Part shown: positions 40,901 through 52,400 of the stretch, piece by piece
Numbering within the stretch: the stretch's first letter is position 1
Layout of the letters: every line of letters begins with the position of its first letter
From: Nemertoderma westbladi
Taxonomy: Eukaryota; Animalia; Xenacoelomorpha
DNA: 64,000 bases
Assembly: GCA_032718475.1 (NCBI GenBank)
Contig: JAUCBJ010005143.1
Span: 1 to 64,000 of the forward strand
Direction of reading: 5' to 3'
Made by a program: the position numbers and the translations under genes
Notes under the pieces: generated by a model
What the model was told of the DNA's origin: nothing
The model's database searches: none
Seen by the model: the letters and a program-made list of their open reading frames with translations, nothing else

Positions 40901-42590
40901 TTATACACAATAACCCGTATTATACACAATAACCCATATTATACACAATAACCCGTATTATACACAATAACCCGTATTATACACAATAACCCGTATTATA
41001 CACAATAACCCGTATTATACACAATAACCCGTATTATACACAATAACCTGTATTATACACAATAACCCGTATTATACACAATAACCCGTATTATATACAA
41101 TAACCCGTATTATACACAATAACCCGTATTATATACAATAACCCGTATTATAAACAATAACCCGTATTATACACAATATCCCGTATTATACACAATAACC
41201 CATATTATACACAATAACCCGTATTATACACAATAACCCATATTATACACAATAACCCGTTTTATACACAATAACCCGTATTATACAAAATAACCCGTAT
41301 TATAAACAATAACCCGTATTATAAACAATAACCGTATTATACACAGTAACCCATATTATACACAATAACCCGTATTATACACAATAACCCGTATTATACA
41401 CAATAACCCGTATTATACACAATAACCCGTATTATAAACAATAAACGTATTATACACAATAACCCGTATTATACACAATACCCCGTATTATACACAATAA
41501 CCCGTATTATACACAATAACCCGTATTATACACAATAACCCGTATTATACACAATAACCTGTATTATACACAATAACCCGTATTATACACAATAACCTGT
41601 ATTATACACAATAACCTGTATTATACACAATAACCCGTATTATACACAATAACCTGTATATACACAATAACCCGTATTATAAACAATAACCCGTATTATA
41701 CACAATAACCCGTATTATACACAATAACCTGTATTATACACAATAGCCCGTATTATATACAATAACTTGTATTATACACAATAACCCGTATTATACACAA
41801 TAACCTGTATTATACACAATAAACCCGTATTATACACAATAACCTGTATTATACACAATAACCCGTATTATACACAATAACCCGTATTATAAACAATAAA
41901 CGTATTATACACAATAACCCGTATTATACACAATACCCCGTATTATACACAATAACCCGTATTATACACAATAACCTGTATTATACACAATAACCTGTAT
42001 TATACACAATAACCCGTATTATACACAATAACCTGTATTATACACAATAACCCGTATTATAAACAATAAACGTATTATACACAATAACCCGTATTATACA
42101 CAATACCCCGTATTATACACAATAACCCGTATTATACACAATAACCTGTATTATACACAATAACCTGTATTATACACAATAACCCGTATTATACACAATA
42201 ACCTGTATATACACAATAACCCGTATTATAAACAATAACCCGTATTATACACAATAACCCGTATTATACACAATAACCTGTATTATACACAATAGCCCGT
42301 ATTATATACAATAACTTGTATTATACACAATAACCCGTATTATACACAATAACCTGTATTATACACAATAAACCCGTATTATACACAATAACCCGTATTA
42401 TACACAATAACCCGCATTATACGCAATAACCCGTATTATACACAATAACCCGTATTATACACAATAACCCGTATTATACACAATAACCCGTATTATACAC
42501 AATAACCCGTATTATACACAATAACCTTGATTATACACAATACCCCGTATTATACAGAATAACCCGTATTATACAGAATAACCCGTCTAA
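31975..42590. repeat. Satellite, 19-bp unit TATTATACACAATAACCCG, about 560 copies (10.6 kb)
   Basis: Period 19 with scattered recurrent variants. Confidence 0.98.
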
Positions 42591-42754
42591 TAAAAAATCA
42601 ACCCAGAGAGAGAGGGAGGTTTCTCCAGATATATTTCAGAATTTTCCTTTATTTTTTTACAATCTTTTGTCTCCATCTATATTTCACTAGGATGTATTTC
42701 ACCCAAGGTTCAGTTATTTTATGTATATCTCAACAATGACAGATAATTTTCACG

Positions 42755-42960
42755 TTGACGTTGTGGTTGCATTGAATTCACATCTCTCGGAGGTCGTGGG
42801 TTCGATCCCCGCACGGGGTCTAGGGCTAGCCAGTTTAAGTGACTAGCCAGGGTGCATCCTTGCAACTAGCCCTGCAACTTTAAATGGTAGCTAAATGAGT
42901 ACTGGAATTTCCTCTACAGAATACATGGTGGTCTTGTGGCTGGTCCAATATCGATAGAGG
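42755..42960 (+). mobile_element. tRNA-derived SINE-like element
   Basis: GAGGTCGTGGGTTCGATCCCCGC (T arm/B box) followed by a body containing TAAATGAGTACTGG. The A box is degenerate and the boundaries are approximate. Confidence 0.5.
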
Positions 42961-42973
42961 CTTTTTTAAACGC

Positions 42974-43106
42974 TTGTAACACATTGTATTGCTTAACGGT
43001 TGTAACACATTGTATTGCTTAACGGTTGTAACACATTGTATTGCTTAACGGTTGTAACGCATTGTATTGCTTAACGGTTGTAACACATTGTATTGCTTAA
43101 CGGTTG
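42974..43106. repeat. Short tandem array, 26-bp unit TTGTAACACATTGTATTGCTTAACGG, about 5 copies
   Basis: Period 26. Ends about 20 nt before the exon E acceptor. Confidence 0.95.
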
Positions 43107-43125
43107 GTTTTATTGACTGTTTTAG

Positions 43126-43241
43126 TATCCGTTCGCGGAAACAATCAACCTGCTGATTTTGCCGGGTCTCGGTCTTGGATTCGCTATAGGAATGGTGGAC
43201 GCCTCCATGATGCCGACGATGGGGTACCTCGTGGATCTACG
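43126..43241 (+). CDS. Vmat: VMAT/SLC18A-like internal exon E (116 nt)
   Basis: Acceptor ctgttttag| and probable donor cg|gtacgt. Translates [38 protein letters not shown](R). [22 protein letters not shown] is VMAT-type rather than VAChT-type. Confidence 0.94.
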
Positions 43242-43433
43242 GTACGTCTGCGCATGCGCACTTTATGCTACATTTATAGGACTTGTTATTTTACAACTAG
43301 TTTGATTTCCATATGATTCAAGTGTATCTTACATGTGCGGTGCACTTAATCTCCCTAAGCTCGTTCATATCCGTCGCGATGGGTGGGAGTCTTTATTGCG
43401 ACGTGTAAACTCGTCTCATAACAGTATTGTACA

Positions 43434-46400
43434 GACCGTAGCTCAGGTGACCTTCCCGTTGCCTTGCCGTCTCGTTGGTCCCTGTTCTCTGGACCGTAGC
43501 TCAGGTGACCTTCCCGTTGCCTTGCCGTCTCGTTGGTCCCTGTTCTCTGGACCGTAGCTCAGGTGACCTTCCCGTTGCCTTACCGTCTCGTTGGTCCCTG
43601 TCCTCTGGACCGTAGCTCAGGTGACCTTCCCGTTGCCTTGCCGTCTCGTTGGTCCCTGTTCTCTGGACCGTAGCTCAGGTGACCTTCCCGTTGCCTTGCC
43701 GTCTCGTTGGTCCCTGTTCTCTGGACCGTAGCTCAGGTGACCTTCCCGTTGCCTTGTCGTCTCGTTGGTCCCTGTCCTCTGGACCGTAGCTCAGGTGACC
43801 TTCCCGTTGCCTTACCGTCTCGTTGGTCCCTGTTCTCTGGACCGTAGCTCAGGTGACCTTCCCATTGCCTTGCCGTCTCGTTGGTCCCTGTTCTCTGGAC
43901 CGTAGCTCAGGTGACCTTCCCGTTGCCTTACCGTCTCGTTGGTCCCTGTTCTCTGGACCGTAGCTCAGGTGACCTTCCCGTTGCCTTGCCGTCTCGTTGG
44001 TCCCTGTTCTCTGGACCGTAGCTCAGGTGACCTTCCCGTTGCCTTACCGTCTCGTTGGTCCCTGTCCTCTGGACCGTAGCTCAGGTGACCTTCCCGTTGC
44101 CTTGCCGTCTCGTTGGTCCCTGTTCTCTGGACCGTAGCTCAGGTGACCTTCCCGTTGCCTTGCCGTCTCGTTGGTCCCTGTTCTCTGGACCGTAGCTCAG
44201 GTGACCTTCCCGTTGCCTTGTCGTCTCGTTGGTCCCTGTCCTCTGGACCGTAGCTCAGGTGACCTTCCCGTTGCCTTACCGTCTCGTTGGTCCCTGTTCT
44301 CTGGACCGTAGCTCAGGTGACCTTCCCGTTGCCTTGCCGTCTCGTTGGTCCCTGTTCTCTGGACCGTAGCTCAGGTGACCTTCCCGTTGCCTTGCCGTCT
44401 CGTTGGTCCCTGTTCTCTGGACCGTAGCTCAGGTGACCTTCCCGTTGCCTTGTCGTCTCGTTGGTCCCTGTCCTCTGGACCGTAGCTCAGGTGACCTTCC
44501 CGTTGCCTTACCGTCTCGTTGGTCCCTGTTCTCTGGACCGTAGCTCAGGTGACCTTCCCATTGCCTTGCCGTCTCGTTGGTCCCTGTTCTCTGGACCGTA
44601 GCTCAGGTGACCTTCCCGTTGCCTTACCGTCTCGTTGGTCCCTGTTCTCTGGACCGTAGCTCAGGTGACCTTCCCGTTGCCTTGCCGTCTCGTTGGTCCC
44701 TGTTCTCTGGACCGTAGCTCAGGTGACCTTCCCGTTGCCTTACCGTCTCGTTGGTCCCTGTCCTCTGGACCGTAGCTCAGGTGACCTTCCCGTTGCCTTG
44801 CCGTCTCGTTGGTCCCTGTTCTCTGGACCGTAGCTCAGGTGACCTTCCCGTTGCCTTGCCGTCTCGTTGGTCCCTGTTCTCTGGACCGTAGCTCAGGTGA
44901 CCTTCCCGTTGCCTTGTCGTCTCGTTGGTCCCTGTCCTCTGGACCGTAGCTCAGGTGACCTTCCCGTTGCCTTACCGTCTCGTTGGTCCCTGTTCTCTGG
45001 ACCGTAGCTCAGGTGACCTTCCCATTGCCTTGCCGTCTCGTTGGTCCCTGTTCTCTGGACCGTAGCTCAGGTGACCTTCCCGTTGCCTTACCGTCTCGTT
45101 GGTCCCTGTTCTCTGGACCGTAGCTCAGGTGACCTTCCCGTTGCCTTACCGTCTCGTTGGTCCCTGTTCTCTGGACCGTAGCTCAGGTGACCTTCCCGTT
45201 GCCTTGCCGTCTCGTTGGTCCCTGTTCTCTGGACCGTAGCTCAGGTGACCTTCCCATTGCCTTGCCGTCTCGTTGGTCCCTGTTCTCTGGACCGTAGCTC
45301 AGGTGACCTTCCCGTTGCCTTACCGTCTCGTTGGTCCCTGTTCTCTGGACCGTAGCTCAGGTGACCTTCCCGTTGCCTTACCGTCTCGTTGGTCCCTGTT
45401 CTCTGGACCGTAGCTCAGGTGACCTTCCCGTTGCCTTACCGTCTCGTTGGTCCCTGTTCTCTGGACCGTAGCTCAGGTGACCTTCCCGTTGCCTTGCCGT
45501 CTCGTTGGTCCCTGTTCTCTGGACCGTAGCTCAGGTGACCTTCCCGTTGCCTTACCGTCTCGTTGGTCCCTGTTCTCTGGACCGTAGCTCAGGTGACCTT
45601 CCCGTTGCCTTACCGTCTCGTTGGTCCCTGTTCTCTGGACCGTAGCTCAGGTGACCTTCCCGTTGCCTTACCGTCTCGTTGGTCCCTGTCCTCTGGACCG
45701 TAGCTCAGGTGACCTTCCCGTTGCCTTGCCGTCGCGTTGGTCCCTGTTCTCTGGACCGTAGCTCAGGTGACCTTCCCGTTGCCTTGCCGTCGCGTTGGTC
45801 CCTGTTCTCTGGACCGTAGCTCAGGTGACCTTCCCGTTGCCTTACCGTCTCGTTGGTCCCTGTTCTCTGGACCGTAGCTCAGGTGACCTTCCCATTGCCT
45901 TGCCGTCTCGTTGGTCCCTGTCCTCTGGACCGTAGCTCAGGTGACCTTCCCGTTGCCTTACCGTCTCGTTGGTCCTTGTTCTCTGGACCGTAGCTCAGGT
46001 GACCTTCCCGTTGCCTTACCGTCTCGTTGGTCCTTGTTCTCTGGACCGTAGCTCAGGTGACCTTCCCGTTGCCTTGCCGTCTCGTTGGTCCCTGTTTTCT
46101 GGACCGTAGCTCTGGTGACCTTCCCGTTGCCTTGCCGTCTCGTTGGTCGCTGTTCTCTGGACCGTAGCTCAGGTGACCTTCCCGTTGCCTTGCCGTCTCG
46201 TTGGTCCCTGTTCTCTGGACCGTAGCTCTGGTGACCTTCCCGTTGCCTTGCCGTCTCGTTGGTCGCTGTTCTCTGGACCGTAGCTCAGGTGACCTTCCCG
46301 TTGCCTTGCCGTCTCGTTGGTCCCTGTTCTCTGGACCGTAGCTCAGGTGACCTTCCCGTTGCCTTACCGTCTCGTTGGTCCCTGTCCTCTGGACCGTAGC

Positions 46401-49400
46401 TCAGGTGACCTTCCCGTTGCCTTACCGTCTCGTTGGTCCCTGTTCTCTGGACCGTAGCTCAGGTGACCTTCCCGTTGCCTTGCCGTCTCGTTGGTCCCTG
46501 TTTTCTGGACCGTAGCTCTGGTGACCTTCCCGTTGCCTTGCCGTCTCGTTGGTCGCTGTTCTCTGGACCGTAGCTCAGGTGACCTTCCCGTTGCCTTGCC
46601 GTCTCGTTGGTCCCTGTTCTCTGGACCGTAGCTCAGGTGACCTTCCCGTTGCCTTGCCGTCTCGTTGGTCGCTGTTCTCTGGACCGTAGCTCAGGTGACC
46701 TTCCCGTTGCCTTGCCGTCTCGTTGGTCCCTGTTCTCTGGACCGTAGCTCAGGTGACCTTCCCGTTGCCTTACCGTCTCGTTGGTCCCTGTTCTCTGGAC
46801 CGTAGCTCAGGTGACCTTCCCGTTGCCTTGCCGTCTCGTTGGTCCCTGTCCTCTGGACCGTAGCTCAGGTGACCTTCCCGTTGCCTTACCGTCTCGTTGG
46901 TCCCTGTTCTCTGGACCGTAGCTCAGGTGACCTTCCCGTTGCCTTGCCGTCTCGTTGGTCCCTGTTCTCTGGACCGTAGCTCTGGTGACCTTCCCGTTGC
47001 CTTGCCGTCTCGTTGGTCGCTGTTCTCTGGACCGTAGCTCTGGTGACCTTCCCGTTGCCTTGCCGTCTCGTTGGTCGCTGTTCTCTGGACCGTAGCTCAG
47101 GTGACCTTCCCGTTGCCTTGCCGTCTCGTTGGTCCTTGTTCTCTGGACCGTAGCTCAGGTGACCTTCCCGTTGCCTTGCCGTCTCGTTGGTCCCTGTTCT
47201 CTGGACCGTAGCTCTGGTGACCTTCCCGTTGCCTTGCCGTCTCGTTGGTCGCTGTTCTCTGGACCGTAGCTCAGGTGACCTTCCCGTTGCCTTACCGTCT
47301 CGTTGGTCCCTGTTCTCTGGACCGTAGCTCAGGTGACCTTCCCGTTGCCTTGCCGTCTCGTTGGTCCCTGTTCTCTGGACCGTAGCTCAGGTGACCTTCC
47401 CGTTGCCTTACCGTCTCGTTGGTCCCTGTTCTCTGGACCGTAGCTCAGGTGACCTTCCCGTTGCCTTGCCGTCTCGTTGGTCCCTGTTCTCTGGACCGTA
47501 GCTCAGGTGACCTTCCCGTTGCCTTGCCGTCTCGTTGGTCCCTGTCCTCTGGACCGTAGCTCAGGTGACCTTCCCGTTGCCTTACCGTCTCGTTGGTCCC
47601 TGTTCTCTGGACCGTAGCTCAGGTGACCTTCCCGTTGCCTTGCCGTCTCGTTGGTCCCTGTTTTCTGGACCGTAGCTCTGGTGACCTTCCCGTTGCCTTG
47701 CCGTCTCGTTGGTCGCTGTTCTCTGGACCGTAGCTCAGGTGACCTTCCCGTTGCCTTGCCGTCTCGTTGGTCCTTGTTCTCTGGACCGTAGCTCAGGTGA
47801 CCTTCCCGTTGCCTTACCGTCTCGTTGGTCCCTGTCCTCTGGACCGTAGCTCAGGTGACCTTCCCGTTGCCTTACCATCTTGTTGGTCCCTGTTCTCTGG
47901 ACCGTAGCTCTGGTGACCTTCCCGTTGCCTTGCCGTCTCGTTGGTCCCTGTTCTCTGGACCGTAGCTCTGGTGACCTTCCCGTTGCCTTGCCGTCTCGTT
48001 GGTCGCTGTTCTCTGGACCGTAGCTCTGGTGACCTTCCCGTTGCCTTGCCGTCTCGTTGGTCGCTGTTCTCTGGACCGTAGCTCTGGTGACCTTCCCGTT
48101 GCCTTGCCGTCTCGTTGGTCCCTGTTCTCTGGACCGTAGCTCAGGTGACCTTCCCGTTGCCTTGCCGTCTCGTTGGTCCCTGTTCTCTGGACCATAGCTC
48201 AGGTGACCTTCCCGTTGCCTTACCGTCTCGTTGGTCCCTGTCCTCTGGACCGTAGCTCAGGTGACCTTCCCGTTGCCTTACCATCTCGTTGGTCCCTGTC
48301 CTCTGGACCGTAGCTCAGGTGACCTTCCCGTTGCCTTACCATCTTGTTGGTCCCTGTTCTCTGGACCGTAGCTCAGGTGACCTTCCCGTTGCCTTACCGT
48401 CTCGTTGGTCGCTGTTCTCTGGACCGTAGCTCAGGTGACCTTCCCGTTGCCTTGCCATCTCGTTGGTCCCTGTTCTCTGGACCGTAGCTCAGGTGACCTT
48501 CCCGTTGCCTTACCGTCTCGTTGGTCGCTGTTCTCTGGACCGTAGCTCAGGTGACCTTCCCGTTGCCTTGCCGTCTCGTTGGTCCCTGTCCTCTGGACCG
48601 TAGCTCAGGTGACCTTCCCGTTGCCTTGCCATCTCGTTGGTCCCTGTTCTCTGGACCGTAGCTCAGGTGACCTTCCCGTTGCCTTGCCATCTCGTTGGTC
48701 CCTGTTCTCTGGACCGTAGCTCAGGTGACCTTCCCGTTGCCTTACCGTCTCGTTGGTCCCTGTTCTCTGGACCGTAGCTCAGGTGACCTTCCCGTTGCCT
48801 TACCGTCTCGTTGGTCGCTGTTCTCTGGACCGTAGCTCAGGTGACCTTCCCGTTGCCTTGCCATCTCGTTGGTCCCTGTTCTCTGGACCGTAGCTCAGGT
48901 GACCTTCCCGTTGCCTTACCGTCTCGTTGGTCCCTGTTCTCTGGACCGTAGCTCAGGTGACCTTCCCGTTGCCTTACCGTCTCGTTGGTCGCTGTTCTCT
49001 GGACCGTAGCTCAGGTGACCTTCCCGTTGCCTTGCCATCTCGTTGGTCCCTGTTCTCTGGACCGTAGCTCAGGTGACCTTCCCGTTGCCTTACCGTCTCG
49101 TTGGTCCCTGTCCTCTGGACCGTAGCTCAGGTGACCTTCCCATTGCCTTACCATCTTGTTGGTCCCTGTTCTCTGGACCGTAGCTCAGGTGACCTTCCCG
49201 TTGCCTTGCCATCTCGTTGGTCCCTGTTCTCTGGACCGTAGCTCAGGTGACCTTCCCGTTGCCTTACCGTCTCGTTGGTCCCTGTCCTCTGGACCGTAGC
49301 TCAGGTGACCTTCCCATTGCCTTACCATCTTGTTGGTCCCTGTTCTCTGGACCGTAGCTCTGGTGACCTTCCCGTTGCCTTGCCGTCTCGTTGGTCCCTG

Positions 49401-52400
49401 TTCTCTGGACCGTAGCTCTGGTGACCTTCCCGTTGCCTTGCCGTCTCGTTGGTCGCTGTTCTCTGGACCGTAGCTCTGGTGACCTTCCCGTTGCCTTGCC
49501 GTCTCGTTGGTCGCTGTTCTCTGGACCGTAGCTCTGGTGACCTTCCCGTTGCCTTGCCGTCTCGTTGGTCCCTGTTCTCTGGACCGTAGCTCAGGTGACC
49601 TTCCCGTTGCCTTGCCGTCTCGTTGGTCCCTGTTCTCTGGACCATAGCTCAGGTGACCTTCCCGTTGCCTTACCGTCTCGTTGGTCCCTGTCCTCTGGAC
49701 CGTAGCTCAGGTGACCTTCCCGTTGCCTTACCATCTCGTTGGTCCCTGTCCTCTGGACCGTAGCTCAGGTGACCTTCCCGTTGCCTTACCATCTTGTTGG
49801 TCCCTGTTCTCTGGACCGTAGCTCAGGTGACCTTCCCGTTGCCTTACCGTCTCGTTGGTCGCTGTTCTCTGGACCGTAGCTCAGGTGACCTTCCCGTTGC
49901 CTTGCCATCTCGTTGGTCCCTGTTCTCTGGACCGTAGCTCAGGTGACCTTCCCGTTGCCTTACCGTCTCGTTGGTCGCTGTTCTCTGGACCGTAGCTCAG
50001 GTGACCTTCCCGTTGCCTTGCCGTCTCGTTGGTCCCTGTCCTCTGGACCGTAGCTCAGGTGACCTTCCCGTTGCCTTGCCATCTCGTTGGTCCCTGTTCT
50101 CTGGACCGTAGCTCAGGTGACCTTCCCGTTGCCTTGCCATCTCGTTGGTCCCTGTTCTCTGGACCGTAGCTCAGGTGACCTTCCCGTTGCCTTACCGTCT
50201 CGTTGGTCCCTGTTCTCTGGACCGTAGCTCAGGTGACCTTCCCGTTGCCTTACCGTCTCGTTGGTCGCTGTTCTCTGGACCGTAGCTCAGGTGACCTTCC
50301 CGTTGCCTTGCCATCTCGTTGGTCCCTGTTCTCTGGACCGTAGCTCAGGTGACCTTCCCGTTGCCTTACCGTCTCGTTGGTCCCTGTTCTCTGGACCGTA
50401 GCTCAGGTGACCTTCCCGTTGCCTTACCGTCTCGTTGGTCGCTGTTCTCTGGACCGTAGCTCAGGTGACCTTCCCGTTGCCTTGCCATCTCGTTGGTCCC
50501 TGTTCTCTGGACCGTAGCTCAGGTGACCTTCCCGTTGCCTTACCGTCTCGTTGGTCCCTGTCCTCTGGACCGTAGCTCAGGTGACCTTCCCATTGCCTTA
50601 CCATCTTGTTGGTCCCTGTTCTCTGGACCGTAGCTCAGGTGACCTTCCCGTTGCCTTGCCATCTCGTTGGTCCCTGTTTTCTGGACCGTAGCTCTGGTGA
50701 CCTTCCCGTTGCCTTGCCGTCTCGTTGGTCGCTGTTCTCTGGACCGTAGCTCAGGTGACCTTCCCGTTGCCTTGCCGTCTCGTTGGTCCCTGTTTTCTGG
50801 ACCGTAGCTCTGGTGACCTTCCCGTTGCCTTGCCGTCTCGTTGGTCCCTGTTCTCTGGACCGTAGCTCAGGTGACCTTCCCGTTGCCTTACCATCTTGTT
50901 GGTCCCTGTTCTCTGGACCGTAGCTCAGGTGACCTTCCCGTTGCCTTGCCGTCTCGTTGGTCCCTGTCCTCTGGACCGTAGCTCTGGTGACCTTCCCGTT
51001 GCCTTGCCGTCTCGTTGGTCCCTGTTCTCTGGACCGTAGCTCAGGTGACCTTCCCGTTGCCTTGCCATCTCGTTGGTCCCTGTTCTCTGGACCGTAGCTC
51101 AGGTGACCTTCCCGTTGCCTTACCGTCTCGTTGGTCCCTGTTCTCTGGACCGTAGCTCAGGTGACCTTCCCGTTGCCTTACCGTCTCGTTGGTCGCTGTT
51201 CTCTGGACCGTAGCTCAGGTGACCTTCCCATTGCCTTACCATCTTGTTGGTCCCTGTTCTCTGGACCGTAGCTCAGGTGACCTTCCCGTTGCCTTGCCGT
51301 CTCGTTGGTCCCTGTTTTCTGGACCGTAGCTCTGGTGACCTTCCCGTTGCCTTGCCGTCTCGTTGGTCGCTGTTCTCTGGACCGTAGCTCAGGTGACCTT
51401 CCCGTTGCCTTGCCGTCTCGTTGGTCCCTGTTTTCTGGACCGTAGCTCTGGTGACCTTCCCGTTGCCTTGCCGTCTCGTTGGTCCCTGTTCTCTGGACCG
51501 TAGCTCAGGTGACCTTCCCGTTGCCTTACCATCTTGTTGGTCCCTGTTCTCTGGACCGTAGCTCAGGTGACCTTCCCGTTGCCTTGCCGTCTCGTTGGTC
51601 CCTGTCCTCTGGACCGTAGCTCTGGTGACCTTCCCGTTGCCTTGCCGTCTCGTTGGTCCCTGTTCTCTGGACCGTAGCTCAGGTGACCTTCCCGTTGCCT
51701 TACCATCTTGTTGGTCCCTGTTCTCTGGACCGTAGCTCAGGTGACCTTCCCGTTGCCTTGCCGTCTCGTTGGTCCCTGTTCTCTGGACCGTAGCTCAGGT
51801 GACCTTCCCGTTGCCTTACCATCTTGTTGGTCCCTGTTCTCTGGACCGTAGCTCAGGTGACCTTCCCGTTGCCTTACCATCTTGTTGGTCCCTGTTCTCT
51901 GGACCGTAGCTCAGGTGACCTTCCCGTTGCCTTACCGTCTCGTTGGTCCCTGTTCTCTGGACCGTAGCTCAGGTGACCTTCCCGTTGCCTTACCGTCTCG
52001 TTGGTCGCTGTTCTCTGGACCGTAGCTCAGGTGACCTTCCCATTGCCTTACCATCTTGTTGGTCCCTGTTCTCTGGACCGTAGCTCAGGTGACCTTCCCG
52101 TTGCCTTGCCGTCTCGTTGGTCCCTGTTTTCTGGACCGTAGCTCTGGTGACCTTCCCGTTGCCTTGCCGTCTCGTTGGTCGCTGTTCTCTGGACCGTAGC
52201 TCAGGTGACCTTCCCGTTGCCTTGCCGTCTCGTTGGTCCCTGTTTTCTGGACCGTAGCTCTGGTGACCTTCCCGTTGCCTTGCCGTCTCGTTGGTCCCTG
52301 TTCTCTGGACCGTAGCTCAGGTGACCTTCCCGTTGCCTTACCATCTTGTTGGTCCCTGTTCTCTGGACCGTAGCTCAGGTGACCTTCCCGTTGCCTTGCC

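Noticed and set aside
31975-42590. 19-mer as a telomeric repeat, or as a relative of the 38/40-mer (shared TATAATA..CGGGTT on opposite strands)
   Set aside because: The array is internal and intronic with TAACCC only as a sub-motif. The similarity to the 40-mer is short and AT-rich.
43104-43557. ORF-track ORFs 43104-43316 and 43333-43557, and read-through of exon E (RYVCACALY...stop)
   Set aside because: The first is the wrong frame over exon E and the second runs into satellite. Read-through loses VMAT similarity after DLR, where a good GTACGT donor lies.
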